From contig JAZROV010000016.1 of the NCBI GenBank assembly GCA_045648885.1, forward strand, positions 3,902 through 67,901: DNA of 64,000 nt. The letters are read 5' to 3'. The DNA is from Candidatus Enterousia sp. (GTDB lineage Bacteria; Pseudomonadota; Alphaproteobacteria; Rs-D84). The position numbers and the translations under genes were made by a program. The first letter of the stretch is position 1. The number at the start of each line of letters is the position of its first letter. Under the pieces are notes generated by a model. The model made no database searches. It worked only from the letters and a program-made list of their open reading frames with translations, and had not been told where the DNA came from. Below are positions 7,852 to 16,915 of the stretch, piece after piece.

Positions 7852-8964
7852 CTACATACGCATCGGCATCAATACGAACAACGCATCGGTGTCTTTGTCC
7901 GTAGATTTGATAATCGTCGGCGACAAAGATTCCTGCATTTCCATTTGGAATTTTTCACCTTCAACCTGGCCTGCAACATCCAACAAGAATTTCACATTGA
8001 AATTGATGTTAAATGCAGCATCACCATTGTATTCAATGTCTAATTCTTGGGTTGCAGTCCCAGCATCTGGGCTGGACGCATTCACAACCAATTTATTCAT
8101 TGAAAACGCCAATTGAACAGATTTTGTTTTATCAATGCTGGCCACAGAAACCAAATCAACCGCATTAATAAATTTCTTGCGATCCAAAATCGCGATTTTA
8201 TCGTTGCCTTTTGGAATAACAACGCGATAGTTTGGATATTGCGCATCAACCAATTTACTGGTCAATGTAGCGGCACCAACTGTGAAACGCGCTTTGGTAT
8301 CTGACAATTCAATCATAACATCATCGACAGTTGCATCTTCCAACAATTTTGACAATTCGCCAATCACACGACGCGGAATAATCACGGACGGCATACCTTC
8401 GCATCCTGCCGGTGCAGCAATCGCACACAATGCCATACGCTGGGCATCCGTTGCAACCGCAGTCAATTTACCAGTATCTTCGGATATATGGAAATAAATG
8501 CCACCCAAATGATAACGCACATCATCAGTTGGAATTGCAAATTTAGTCTGATTGATTAAATGTGCCAAATCACCAGTTGTCATTTGGAATTTAGTCGTCA
8601 AATTACCACCCGCCATAACTGGGAAATTTTCCGCAGGCAATGTTGGCAAATGGAATACAGCACTGCCACTGGAAACGACCAACTGATCCCCAGATTGTTT
8701 AAAATTGATTTCTGCATCATCTGGCAATTTACGAACAATATCATATAACAACTGAACCGGCACAGTTGTTTTGCCAGCCAAAGTGATATCTGCACCGACA
8801 TGTTCAACCAATTCCAAATCGACATTGGTCGCAGACAAAACCAAATCATCTGCCACTTCTATTTTAACATTGACCAAAATCGGCAAAGTAGCCCGCTTTT
8901 CAACAATAGACTGCATATGCCCCAGCGCACGTATTAAAACCTGACGAAACACTGAAAATTCCAT
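7852..8964 (-). CDS. dnaN: DNA polymerase III beta sliding clamp
   Basis: 370 aa with typical N-terminus MEFSV.R..L...L..MQSIVEKR.TLPIL and C-terminal LMPMRM. Confidence 0.95.
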   Translation of the reverse strand: MEFSVFRQVLIRALGHMQSIVEKRATLPILVNVKIEVADDLVLSATNVDLELVEHVGADITLAGKTTVPVQLLYDIVRKLPDDAEINFKQSGDQLVVSSGSAVFHLPTLPAENFPVMAGGNLTTKFQMTTGDLAHLINQTKFAIPTDDVRYHLGGIYFHISEDTGKLTAVATDAQRMALCAIAAPAGCEGMPSVIIPRRVIGELSKLLEDATVDDVMIELSDTKARFTVGAATLTSKLVDAQYPNYRVVIPKGNDKIAILDRKKFINAVDLVSVASIDKTKSVQLAFSMNKLVVNASSPDAGTATQELDIEYNGDAAFNINFNVKFLLDVAGQVEGEKFQMEMQESLSPTIIKSTDKDTDALFVLMPMRM

Positions 8965-9058
8965 GATATTTCTCCTGTTTATCTTTTGTTTTTCTTATTT
9001 CCTAAGGCTTAGTCTACCAAAAAACACCGATTCGGTGCAAGTGTAAATCTTCAGATTA

Positions 9059-11146
9059 TCAGTCGACAGAATTTAACAATGGTTCGCCCAATTCTTTGGC
9101 TGAAAAACGGAACCATTCTGGATCATCACGTTTGATTGGCGCCCCACGTTCCATAGCGGTATTATACGGATGGTCGTCTGCCAACCAACCTTCTAATAAA
9201 TCACCCGCCAACAAGCCTGCGACCAGACCGCCCGCCAGACTAAGTCCCCCAGTCAAAGGTGACAACAACAAACCCAATCCAACGGCCGAACCAACTTTGC
9301 CTGCAATCGCCGCGCCATTTATTTTAAAATCTGGTTCTGCCAAATTCCCCGAAATTTGCAAAGAATTGACCAAATTCCCAGACAAAGATAATTTCAACCC
9401 GCGCACCGGCACAGTCGCCAAAGATAAATCAATAGTTTCTTTGCCTAAATCTAATGTACCTGCCAGACGTAAATTGATAACATGGGTTTCAACCGCTACG
9501 CCGTTTTTGGTTTCAATCAAACCATTACGCAATTTAACATTCGCAATCGCACCATCAATTTGAATCATATCACGTTTGTTGCCTGTAAATAAATCTTCGA
9601 CATTATGACGCAGCGAAGTTAAAAAATCACCGCCATACATATATTCAACCAAATCTGCATGGGCATAACCTTGGTCCACAGAATACACAATTACCGGCCC
9701 AGTAATAGTCTGCATAATTTCAGACATATCTTTGCCGTTTGCACGAACATATAATTCGAGATCCAGTGGCAATCCAGATATAACATCATGCACATAAATT
9801 TGTCTTAAAATTTCCCCAACATGAATACTTTGACCACGCGCTGCCCCTGTCATAATGTAAAGCCCATCCGGGGTTATATCAGAATCGACAACCGCGTCTA
9901 TTTTTCCGCCACCGATACCCACAGTGGCATCTGCACGCAATTTATGATTTTTTACCTTTAATTTCAAATTTGAATTATCCAAATCTAACGAACGATAAAC
10001 TATGAAATGTTTTATGTTCGCATCTAATTCAACATCTGAATTATAAAGCACATCTCCAAACAAAGGCATATCATAAAAAACATTCAAATCACGATTTGGA
10101 TGTATCCATTCAACACCCGCCCCAAACCATTCTGGGAACGATTTATAAATATCTAATCTTCCAGATGAAATTTTAGCACGAACAAACGGAATATTTTTTG
10201 ACCAATCATATGTCCCCGAAAAAGTTATATCAGAATTTCCAAATTTAACAGATGATTTGCGAAAAGATATTTTCTTTCTGTCCATATTCATCGCAATATC
10301 AACATTCATAGACGGCACATTAAATAAATTCAATTTAAACCAATCGCCTGATTTTTTCAGATTTGGAATATCTCCACGAACAATTATATCGATTGGTAAT
10401 TTGCTGGTTCCTTCTAATGCGATATCTGCAATCAAAGCCCTGGCCCCGGTTGCAAATGCAATTTGCACAGGATAAATTTTACGTTCACCGTTATATTCAG
10501 AAAATTTTATTACAAACGGTAAATTCGTATCATATGGTTTTACCCAACCACTGTATTCTACATTTTCATCATGCACATAATTATGGATACCAAAGCTGGA
10601 CATCAAATATTTGTTTCCATAAATATTTGCAGTAATTTTTTGAATTTCTAATCCTGAAAAAGGCAAAGGTCTTACCGGATATTTTTCAATTTTTGTTTCA
10701 TTGTTATCTGATTTACTTTCATTATCTGTCGATTCGATTCTGACAATTGAATCTTGACCATTCGCATTTTTTTCCAGATTGATTTTCGCATCAAAAATTT
10801 TGATATAACGAATCACTGGTTTCGGACGAAACAAAGAAAATAAATCTAAACGAACATCTATTTTTTCTGCTGAAAACAAATTTTTATTTTTCGCCCACTC
10901 TGCATTTGGCACACGCACATTGTTCAATTCTATCTGAGGACGCAAAGAAAATTTCCAAGAAATATCACCGTCTATCTCAATTGGCATATTTGTCGCGTCA
11001 CGCAGACCTGACAAAATATTTCCACGCAATGTTTCTAAATTTATTTGATGTAACGCGATACCAACTGCAACAGCCAACCCCATGAAAAAAAGTGCGATTA
11101 TTCGCAACAACCAAATATAACGTTTATAAAACGTATAAATAAACAT
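9059..11146 (-). CDS. AsmA-family outer-membrane biogenesis protein
   Basis: N-terminal TM anchor, then AsmA-like start (LR.DATNMPIEIDGDISWKFSLRPQIELNNVRVPN), a long beta-rich body and a Gly-rich C-terminus. Assigned by pattern only. Confidence 0.55.
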   Translation of the reverse strand: MFIYTFYKRYIWLLRIIALFFMGLAVAVGIALHQINLETLRGNILSGLRDATNMPIEIDGDISWKFSLRPQIELNNVRVPNAEWAKNKNLFSAEKIDVRLDLFSLFRPKPVIRYIKIFDAKINLEKNANGQDSIVRIESTDNESKSDNNETKIEKYPVRPLPFSGLEIQKITANIYGNKYLMSSFGIHNYVHDENVEYSGWVKPYDTNLPFVIKFSEYNGERKIYPVQIAFATGARALIADIALEGTSKLPIDIIVRGDIPNLKKSGDWFKLNLFNVPSMNVDIAMNMDRKKISFRKSSVKFGNSDITFSGTYDWSKNIPFVRAKISSGRLDIYKSFPEWFGAGVEWIHPNRDLNVFYDMPLFGDVLYNSDVELDANIKHFIVYRSLDLDNSNLKLKVKNHKLRADATVGIGGGKIDAVVDSDITPDGLYIMTGAARGQSIHVGEILRQIYVHDVISGLPLDLELYVRANGKDMSEIMQTITGPVIVYSVDQGYAHADLVEYMYGGDFLTSLRHNVEDLFTGNKRDMIQIDGAIANVKLRNGLIETKNGVAVETHVINLRLAGTLDLGKETIDLSLATVPVRGLKLSLSGNLVNSLQISGNLAEPDFKINGAAIAGKVGSAVGLGLLLSPLTGGLSLAGGLVAGLLAGDLLEGWLADDHPYNTAMERGAPIKRDDPEWFRFSAKELGEPLLNSVD

Positions 11147-11170
11147 ATATCGCCATCCATTGATATATTT

Positions 11171-12136
11171 TTATGGTAATTGAAATTCAAAAAATTTCAA
11201 GACCGAATGCATAAATTCAGGCACTTCGGCCCGCAAAGTAATCGTCTTGCGCGTTGACGGATGAACAAAAGTGATTTTATAGGCAAACAAAAATAAATTT
11301 TTGCTTTTTATAATTGAATTTAACATCTCTGATTTTTTGCCACGCGTTATACCGTACAAATCATCACCAACTATCGGCGCCCCCAGGCTGTACGCGCTGT
11401 GCAACCTTAACTGGTGTGTCCGACCAGTCTTTGGCGAAAACCAAACCCATGACAATAAATCATTGGTCGTCCCCAACACACGATATTCAGTAATTGCCCG
11501 TTGGGCATGAACATCATCTGGAACATTTTCAATATTTTCATAAACTGCGCCTTTGACAATATGATTATCGATTGTTCCACGTTTCTCAGAAACAACGCCG
11601 TTTAACAGCGCAACATATTCTTTATGAGCGGTCTTATTTTGAAATTGTTTTGATAATTCTTGGGCTGCACGTTGATTTTTTGCAACAATCAACAAACCAC
11701 TGGTTTCTTTATCGATTCGATGCACCAATGAAATTTTATCATACGGGAACATCATCGCCGCCATTTTATCAACAGACTTTTTTATCCCTGTTCCACCCTG
11801 GACCGCCAGACCAGCCGGTTTATTAAACACAACGATATCATTGTCACTGTGAATTATACACTTGCGTAAATCTTCCAGATCAGACAAAGAAAACTGTTCG
11901 CCACTTTCGCTATGTTTTTTAACAACCTTATAAGATTGAATTGTTGGCGGAATACGAACAACATCACCTGCTCGTAAAATTTCGATTCCACGAACCCGCG
12001 AAGAATTCAAACGAATTTGCCCCCCACGACAAAGTTTATAAAATTCACGTTGAGGCATTCCCGGAAAAACACGAAGGAACCAGCGCAAAAGCCTGGTTCC
12101 TTCATCAACTTTCGAAATTGTAATAAATTCAGCCAA
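11171..12136 (-). CDS. rluC: RluA-family 23S rRNA pseudouridine synthase (RluC/D type)
   Basis: S4 domain at the N-terminus, HRIDKETSGLLIVAK catalytic motif, GRTHQLRLH. Confidence 0.85.
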   Translation of the reverse strand: MAEFITISKVDEGTRLLRWFLRVFPGMPQREFYKLCRGGQIRLNSSRVRGIEILRAGDVVRIPPTIQSYKVVKKHSESGEQFSLSDLEDLRKCIIHSDNDIVVFNKPAGLAVQGGTGIKKSVDKMAAMMFPYDKISLVHRIDKETSGLLIVAKNQRAAQELSKQFQNKTAHKEYVALLNGVVSEKRGTIDNHIVKGAVYENIENVPDDVHAQRAITEYRVLGTTNDLLSWVWFSPKTGRTHQLRLHSAYSLGAPIVGDDLYGITRGKKSEMLNSIIKSKNLFLFAYKITFVHPSTRKTITLRAEVPEFMHSVLKFFEFQLP

Positions 12137-12141
12137 TGCCG

Positions 12142-12663
12142 TTATTTACCATCACCAAATGTAATTGTCAATTTCGTACCATTGCAAGCTGATTCACCAC
12201 CATTTGCCCATGTTCTTTGTGCCAAACCAGAACAAGTCGCAGCGGTATCTGTATTGAACGAAATTTGGAAATATGGACAATCTGCATCCGTGCTTGCACA
12301 TGCGGTATAACTTGCGCCGTTTTTCTTTGCAGCACTGATTGTATATGTATCATCAGTTCCATATGCAGGTTTCACATTGTCAAAGCCCAACACTTTCAAT
12401 GTATTTGCAGATGTAGCAGTCACAATTCCTTTGAACCCACCAGCATCAGCACTGTTGTTATACAGCAAACGAACACCCGCGGCCAACGCAGCGATATCAT
12501 CATCGGCACGACTTAATTTCTGAGAACGCATTGCAGACGTAATCAACACGAACGCCGCAGCGGTGATTAAACCCATAACAGCCAACACGCCGACCATTTC
12601 AATCATTGAACGGCCAGATTCTTGTTTTTTGTTTTTCATTTGTTTTTTAATTTGTTTTTTCAT
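12142..12663 (-). CDS. type IV pilin-like protein, paralogue 1 (longest leader, own promoter)
   Basis: Basic leader, then ESG|RSMIEMVGVLAVMGLITAAAFVL (Glu at +5 from the conserved Gly). C-terminal C..L....W......C pair. AAGGAG RBS. Confidence 0.75.
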   Translation of the reverse strand: MKKQIKKQMKNKKQESGRSMIEMVGVLAVMGLITAAAFVLITSAMRSQKLSRADDDIAALAAGVRLLYNNSADAGGFKGIVTATSANTLKVLGFDNVKPAYGTDDTYTISAAKKNGASYTACASTDADCPYFQISFNTDTAATCSGLAQRTWANGGESACNGTKLTITFGDGK

Positions 12664-12693
12664 TTATTTTTCTCCTTGCTTTCGCTGTTTTAC

Positions 12694-12722
12694 ATTTTAT
12701 CAGATAAAAGCTTTGTCGTCAA
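12694..12722 (-). promoter_or_regulatory. promoter TTGACG-N17-TAAAAT with TG extension (minus strand)
   Basis: Read on the reverse complement: TTGACG acaaagcttttatcTGA TAAAAT, about 30 nt upstream of the paralogue 1 ATG. Confidence 0.6.
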
Positions 12723-12777
12723 ATAGATTAAAAAAACTTTTATCAAATTTTTATTTACGGCATGTCACTTCCGGCAT

Positions 12778-13227
12778 TTATTTTCTGAAATAAATATAAA
12801 CTATACCGCTGTCGCATGACGCGTCCACTGCCTCCGACCATGTTCTTTGAGATAACGCCATACAATCTTCTTCTTCCAAACCGCGCATTTGAACCAGAAA
12901 GTCTGCATGATCACTGTTATCTCTTATTACACTGTACGTCGTGTTGCTGCCAAACGGTGTTGTCGTTGTTATGCGCAAAGAATTTAAAAATTCTATTCCA
13001 CTTTTATAATCAGTAGACAAAGCCCCCATATTTTCGGCTTCTGAATAAACATCACGAATCGTTGCAACAATATTTGCAACCTCAGCAGATGTGCGATTAC
13101 GTCTTTGCGAAGCCAAACCACTTCGTATCAAAACAAACGCGCCAGCGGTGATTAACCCCATAACAGACAACACACCGACCATTTCAATCATTGAACGACC
13201 GGATTCATGTTTTTTATTTTTTTTCAT
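12778..13227 (-). CDS. type IV pilin-like protein, paralogue 2
   Basis: MKKNKKHESG|RSMIEMVGVLSVMGLITAGAFVL. C-terminal EDCMAL...W....C motif. Confidence 0.75.
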   Translation of the reverse strand: MKKNKKHESGRSMIEMVGVLSVMGLITAGAFVLIRSGLASQRRNRTSAEVANIVATIRDVYSEAENMGALSTDYKSGIEFLNSLRITTTTPFGSNTTYSVIRDNSDHADFLVQMRGLEEEDCMALSQRTWSEAVDASCDSGIVYIYFRK

Positions 13228-13242
13228 TCTTTTCTTCCTTTG

Positions 13243-13749
13243 TTATTTTGCATATTGTATTGAAAAATCACAATTGGTTGCAGTACTGGCGCACGCAGTC
13301 GTGTCGTTATCCACAGTCAAACATGTTGCACTATTTGCGACTGCATCTGCCCACGCACTGGCCTTTAACGCTTTGCAATCTGTTGCTTCTAATTTTTTAA
13401 TTTTCACAGTGAAGCGATTCGGTGTTGCAGACGCATAGCGAATCGTATAATAACTATCCCCACCAAATGGTGTCGCCGTTGATATACGCAAATTACCTAA
13501 CAAAGTTTTACCTGCAGCATCAGACGCACCATCTGTGGCCAGATTGCTGAATGTATCACTACCTGCGGACAATGTTCGAATTGTTGACACAATATTTGCG
13601 ACTTCATCTTGGCTGCGGTTACGTTTTTGGGACGCCATACCACTTCGCATCAACACGAAAGCCCCCGCTGTAATCAAACCCATCACCGCCAACACACCGA
13701 CCATTTCAACCATTGAACGGCCTGATTCATGTTTTCTTGTTTGCTTCAT
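13243..13749 (-). CDS. type IV pilin-like protein, paralogue 3
   Basis: MKQTRKHESG|RSMVEMVGVLAVMGLITAGAFVL. C-terminal DCKALKASAW...C, plus an extra Cys pair. Confidence 0.75.
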   Translation of the reverse strand: MKQTRKHESGRSMVEMVGVLAVMGLITAGAFVLMRSGMASQKRNRSQDEVANIVSTIRTLSAGSDTFSNLATDGASDAAGKTLLGNLRISTATPFGGDSYYTIRYASATPNRFTVKIKKLEATDCKALKASAWADAVANSATCLTVDNDTTACASTATNCDFSIQYAK

Positions 13750-13799
13750 TTTAAATATCTCCTTTCATTAGTTTTCCAAGATTATATCACAATATTATT

Positions 13800-14261
13800 C
13801 TATTTGGCAAATAAAATAGATACAACCCCATCTGCGCATACTGCCTGTCCATGTGAATTTGGCCATGCAGTCGCAGCCAACGCTTTACAATCTTCCTGTT
13901 CCAAACCGATCATTTTTACGTAAAATTTAGAATTATCACTGCTGTTTTTGACAACACTATAAACCGTGTTCTGTCCAAACGGGGTTATAGTATTCAGATA
14001 TAACGCATCTATCAATGTTGTTCCATCAGTTGTATTATCTGTCAATTCACTGAAACCTTCACTGTCTGCGTACAAACCACGCACATTTTCAGCAATAACA
14101 GAAACCTCGTCCACCGCACGACTTCGTTTCTGGGCCGCAGCCCCACTGCGAACCAACACAAACGCCCCCGCAGTAATCAATCCCATAACCGCCAACACAC
14201 CGACGATTTCGACCATCGAACGTCCCGATTCATGCTTTTCAAAAAACTTATTCTTTCTCAT
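13800..14261 (-). CDS. type IV pilin-like protein, paralogue 4
   Basis: Start moved to the ATG at 14261 (MRKNKFFEKHESG|RSMVEIVGVLAVMGL). The longer ORF-track version would overlap paralogue 5. Confidence 0.75.
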   Translation of the reverse strand: MRKNKFFEKHESGRSMVEIVGVLAVMGLITAGAFVLVRSGAAAQKRSRAVDEVSVIAENVRGLYADSEGFSELTDNTTDGTTLIDALYLNTITPFGQNTVYSVVKNSSDNSKFYVKMIGLEQEDCKALAATAWPNSHGQAVCADGVVSILFAK

Positions 14262-14283
14262 ATAAAAAACCTTTCTATCAAAA

Positions 14284-14739
14284 TTATTTGTCATAGGTAA
14301 TAGAGATTTTGTAATTCCCCCCAGCAGTACAATTGGATGTTCTTGACACTGCCTCAGGCCATGTTTTCGACGCCAACACAGTGCAATCTCTGGCTGGTAA
14401 ATTTTCAATTGTGACAACAAATCTTGAACTATTTGTCGTATCTAAATCCACAGAATAAACAGTATCTTCATATGGCCCGCTGTTACTGATTTCCATTGCA
14501 GCCATTGCATCATTGCCCTTGTTTTTCAATTCACTTAAATCATCGTATTCGGCATAAAGCGTTCGAATACCGGTCACTATTTTCGAAACATCATCAATAA
14601 CCGTATTGCGTTTCTGGGTTGCCATACCATTACGAATTAAAACGAACGCACCCACTGTCATCAACCCCATCATAGCCAACACGCCAATAATTTCAATCAT
14701 TGATCGCCCAGATTCTTTTCCTTTATAGATTCTTGACAT
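14284..14739 (-). CDS. type IV pilin-like protein, paralogue 5 (first gene of the 4-gene block)
   Basis: MSRIYKGKESG|RSMIEIIGVLAMMGLMTVGAFVL. C-terminal RDCTVLASKTW...C. Confidence 0.75.
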   Translation of the reverse strand: MSRIYKGKESGRSMIEIIGVLAMMGLMTVGAFVLIRNGMATQKRNTVIDDVSKIVTGIRTLYAEYDDLSELKNKGNDAMAAMEISNSGPYEDTVYSVDLDTTNSSRFVVTIENLPARDCTVLASKTWPEAVSRTSNCTAGGNYKISITYDK

Positions 14740-14766
14740 AATGCCCCCTTGATTTTTAACAATTAT

Positions 14767-14795
14767 ATTTTATCATGAAACCTATGGACATTCAA
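14767..14795 (-). promoter_or_regulatory. promoter TTGAAT-N17-TAAAAT with TG extension (minus strand), overlapping the uvrC start codon
   Basis: The reverse complement reads TTGAAT gtccataggtttcaTGA TAAAAT. It has the same TGATAAAAT as the paralogue 1 promoter and lies inside the first codons of divergent uvrC. Confidence 0.5.
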
Positions 14796-16211
14796 TTCAA
14801 AGATTTAATAAAAAACACACCTCTGTCACCCGGAATTTATAAAATGTATGACGATTCGGGGAATTTGTTGTATGTCGGCAAAGCAAAAAATTTGTTTAAC
14901 AGATTAAATCAATACATTGATATTTCGAAACTGGAAACACACAAACAAATCATGCGCACATTGGTTCGACGTGTTGAATGGGAAATTACACCAAACGAAT
15001 CAGAGGCTTTGATTTTGGAACAAAAACTTATAAAAACATTAAAGCCTAAATATAACATCATGCTGACAGATGGAAAAATGTACCCAATGTTGGCATTAAC
15101 AAAACATGAATTTCCACGACTGTTAAAATTTCGCGGCAAAATATCGCAAAAAAAAGATATCTATGGTCCATATCCGTCTGTGTACGCATTGAACGAAACA
15201 ATTAAAACTATTCAACGCGTATGCCAATTACGCACATGCAACGATACTTTCATGCGCAATCGATCACGTCCATGTCTGCTTTATCAAATTGGACGGTGCA
15301 GTGCACCATGCTGTATCCCACAAAATAATTACGATAAAAATGTACAATTGGCACGTCGTATTTTAACCGGGGACAGTGAACCGATAATTTCTGATTTAAC
15401 AAAAATGATGAAAGATTTTTCAGACAAAATGGATTTTGAAAATGCTGCAATTATACGTGATAAAATAACTGCACTGACCAATACTACAAATCGCGGTATA
15501 CGACAGAAACCGTCGTATAACACGAATTTTGATTGGGATAAAAACGTTTCAGATTTGGAAAAATGGTTAAACATAAAAATCAATTGTGCCGGTGTATTTG
15601 ATAATTCACATTTGTTTGGCAAAGCGCCCGTTGGTGCAATGATAGCATTTGGTCATGATGGATTTATAAAATCATCATACCGACACTTTAAATTACACGA
15701 TGTTCAACACAGCGGTAATGATATTGCGATGATGGCAGAATTTGTCGAACGCGCTATAAACGATGGTCCAAAACTTGATTTAATTATTGTTGATGGTGGA
15801 CGCGCGCAATGGAATATTGCACATCGTATTGCGAATGGCAAAATACCCGTTTTAGGTGTGACCAAAGGTGTCGTTCGCAACGGTGATGAACACTTTATTA
15901 TGCCAGACGGTTCAGAAAACACTTCATTACCAAAAGACAGCAATCTGTTTTTACTTTTGCGCGCGGTTCGTGATGAAGCGCACAGATTTGTTATTACATA
16001 TCATCGTTTAAAACGTGCAAAACAAATGACTGCCAGTGTACTGGACGAAATAGAAGGAATCGGTCCAATTCGAAAAAAACAATTATTACAACATTACGGT
16101 TCTGTACGTGCAATTATGGATGCAGATTTAAAATCGCTTTCATTGTGTCCAGGACTTGGCAAATCTGCCGCAGAAAAAATATATGCATATTTTCATTCTG
16201 ACATGTTATAA
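14775..16211 (+). CDS. uvrC: excinuclease ABC subunit C (compact form)
   Basis: GIY-YIG (GIYKMYD...LYVGKAKNL), UVR motif (FENAAIIRDKITAL), RNaseH-like endonuclease block (FDNSH...IVDGGRAQ...RDEAHRF) and HhH (IEGIGPIRKKQLL). 478 aa versus about 600 typical. Confidence 0.9.
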   Translation: MKPMDIQFKDLIKNTPLSPGIYKMYDDSGNLLYVGKAKNLFNRLNQYIDISKLETHKQIMRTLVRRVEWEITPNESEALILEQKLIKTLKPKYNIMLTDGKMYPMLALTKHEFPRLLKFRGKISQKKDIYGPYPSVYALNETIKTIQRVCQLRTCNDTFMRNRSRPCLLYQIGRCSAPCCIPQNNYDKNVQLARRILTGDSEPIISDLTKMMKDFSDKMDFENAAIIRDKITALTNTTNRGIRQKPSYNTNFDWDKNVSDLEKWLNIKINCAGVFDNSHLFGKAPVGAMIAFGHDGFIKSSYRHFKLHDVQHSGNDIAMMAEFVERAINDGPKLDLIIVDGGRAQWNIAHRIANGKIPVLGVTKGVVRNGDEHFIMPDGSENTSLPKDSNLFLLLRAVRDEAHRFVITYHRLKRAKQMTASVLDEIEGIGPIRKKQLLQHYGSVRAIMDADLKSLSLCPGLGKSAAEKIYAYFHSDML

Positions 16212-16243
16212 TAAACACAAATAAACCAAAGGAGAAAAAATAA

Positions 16244-16843
16244 ATGAAAATATTTGTAAACTTTCTGTCTGCATTCCGCATAGCAGCGGCTTTTGCAATC
16301 ATTCCAACAATCATGTTCGGTCTGTATTGGACAACATTCATTATATATGTATTGGCTGCAGCCTCAGATTGGTTTGATGGATTTTTGGCACGCAAATATG
16401 ATTGCTGTTCAAAATTGGGTGGTGTAATGGATCATATTGGCGATAAATTATTGGTATGCAATTCATTGATTATGTTGACAATTTTGATGCCAGTTTGGTT
16501 CATCGTGATTCCTGTGATAATTATGATTGCACGCGAATTGTACATCAGTGGTCTGCGCGAATTCTTGGGCACACAAAAAATAGAAATGCCTGTACCGAAA
16601 GCACGCTTTTCGATGGGCAAAATAAAAACAACAATTCAAATGATTTCAATCGCGGCATTCTTTTTGTTGATGTCGATTGGTTCGTCTGTCACCCAAAACA
16701 CGACCAGCAGTATTGTATTTTATATGATATATACCCTGCCCCAGATTGGCATCTTTTGTTTATGGTTTGCATTGGCCGCATCTATCATCAGTGCGATTCA
16801 ATACACAATTACATTTTCACAAAAATTAAAGAAAATAAAATAA
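16244..16843 (+). CDS. pgsA: CDP-diacylglycerol--glycerol-3-phosphate 3-phosphatidyltransferase
   Basis: CDP-alcohol phosphatidyltransferase motif DWFDGFLARKY...GGVMDHIGDKL. Multi-pass membrane protein. Confidence 0.9.
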   Translation: MKIFVNFLSAFRIAAAFAIIPTIMFGLYWTTFIIYVLAAASDWFDGFLARKYDCCSKLGGVMDHIGDKLLVCNSLIMLTILMPVWFIVIPVIIMIARELYISGLREFLGTQKIEMPVPKARFSMGKIKTTIQMISIAAFFLLMSIGSSVTQNTTSSIVFYMIYTLPQIGIFCLWFALAASIISAIQYTITFSQKLKKIK

Positions 16844-16870
16844 ACAAAACGCAAAAAAATATAACAACTG

Positions 16871-16896
16871 AAAAAACCGCCTTTACGGCGGTTTTT
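16871..16896. terminator. bidirectional rho-independent terminator
   Basis: A6-CCGCC-TTTAC-GGCGG-T5 between convergent pgsA and parE. Confidence 0.8.
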
Positions 16897-16915
16897 CTCG
16901 CACAAACAGATTTTG

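Noticed and set aside
9096-9563. 155-aa plus-strand ORF inside the AsmA-like gene. Similar nested ORFs lie at 33119-33565, 51202-51618, 52690-53046, 53543-54016 and 16456-16956.
   Set aside because: All are antisense or out of frame within well-supported genes, have no RBS and are low-complexity or composition-driven.
14262-14420. Longer version of pilin paralogue 4 (206 aa) overlapping paralogue 5
   Set aside because: The extension overlaps the 3' end of paralogue 5 and lacks similarity to the other leaders. The ATG at 14261 gives the conserved basic leader.
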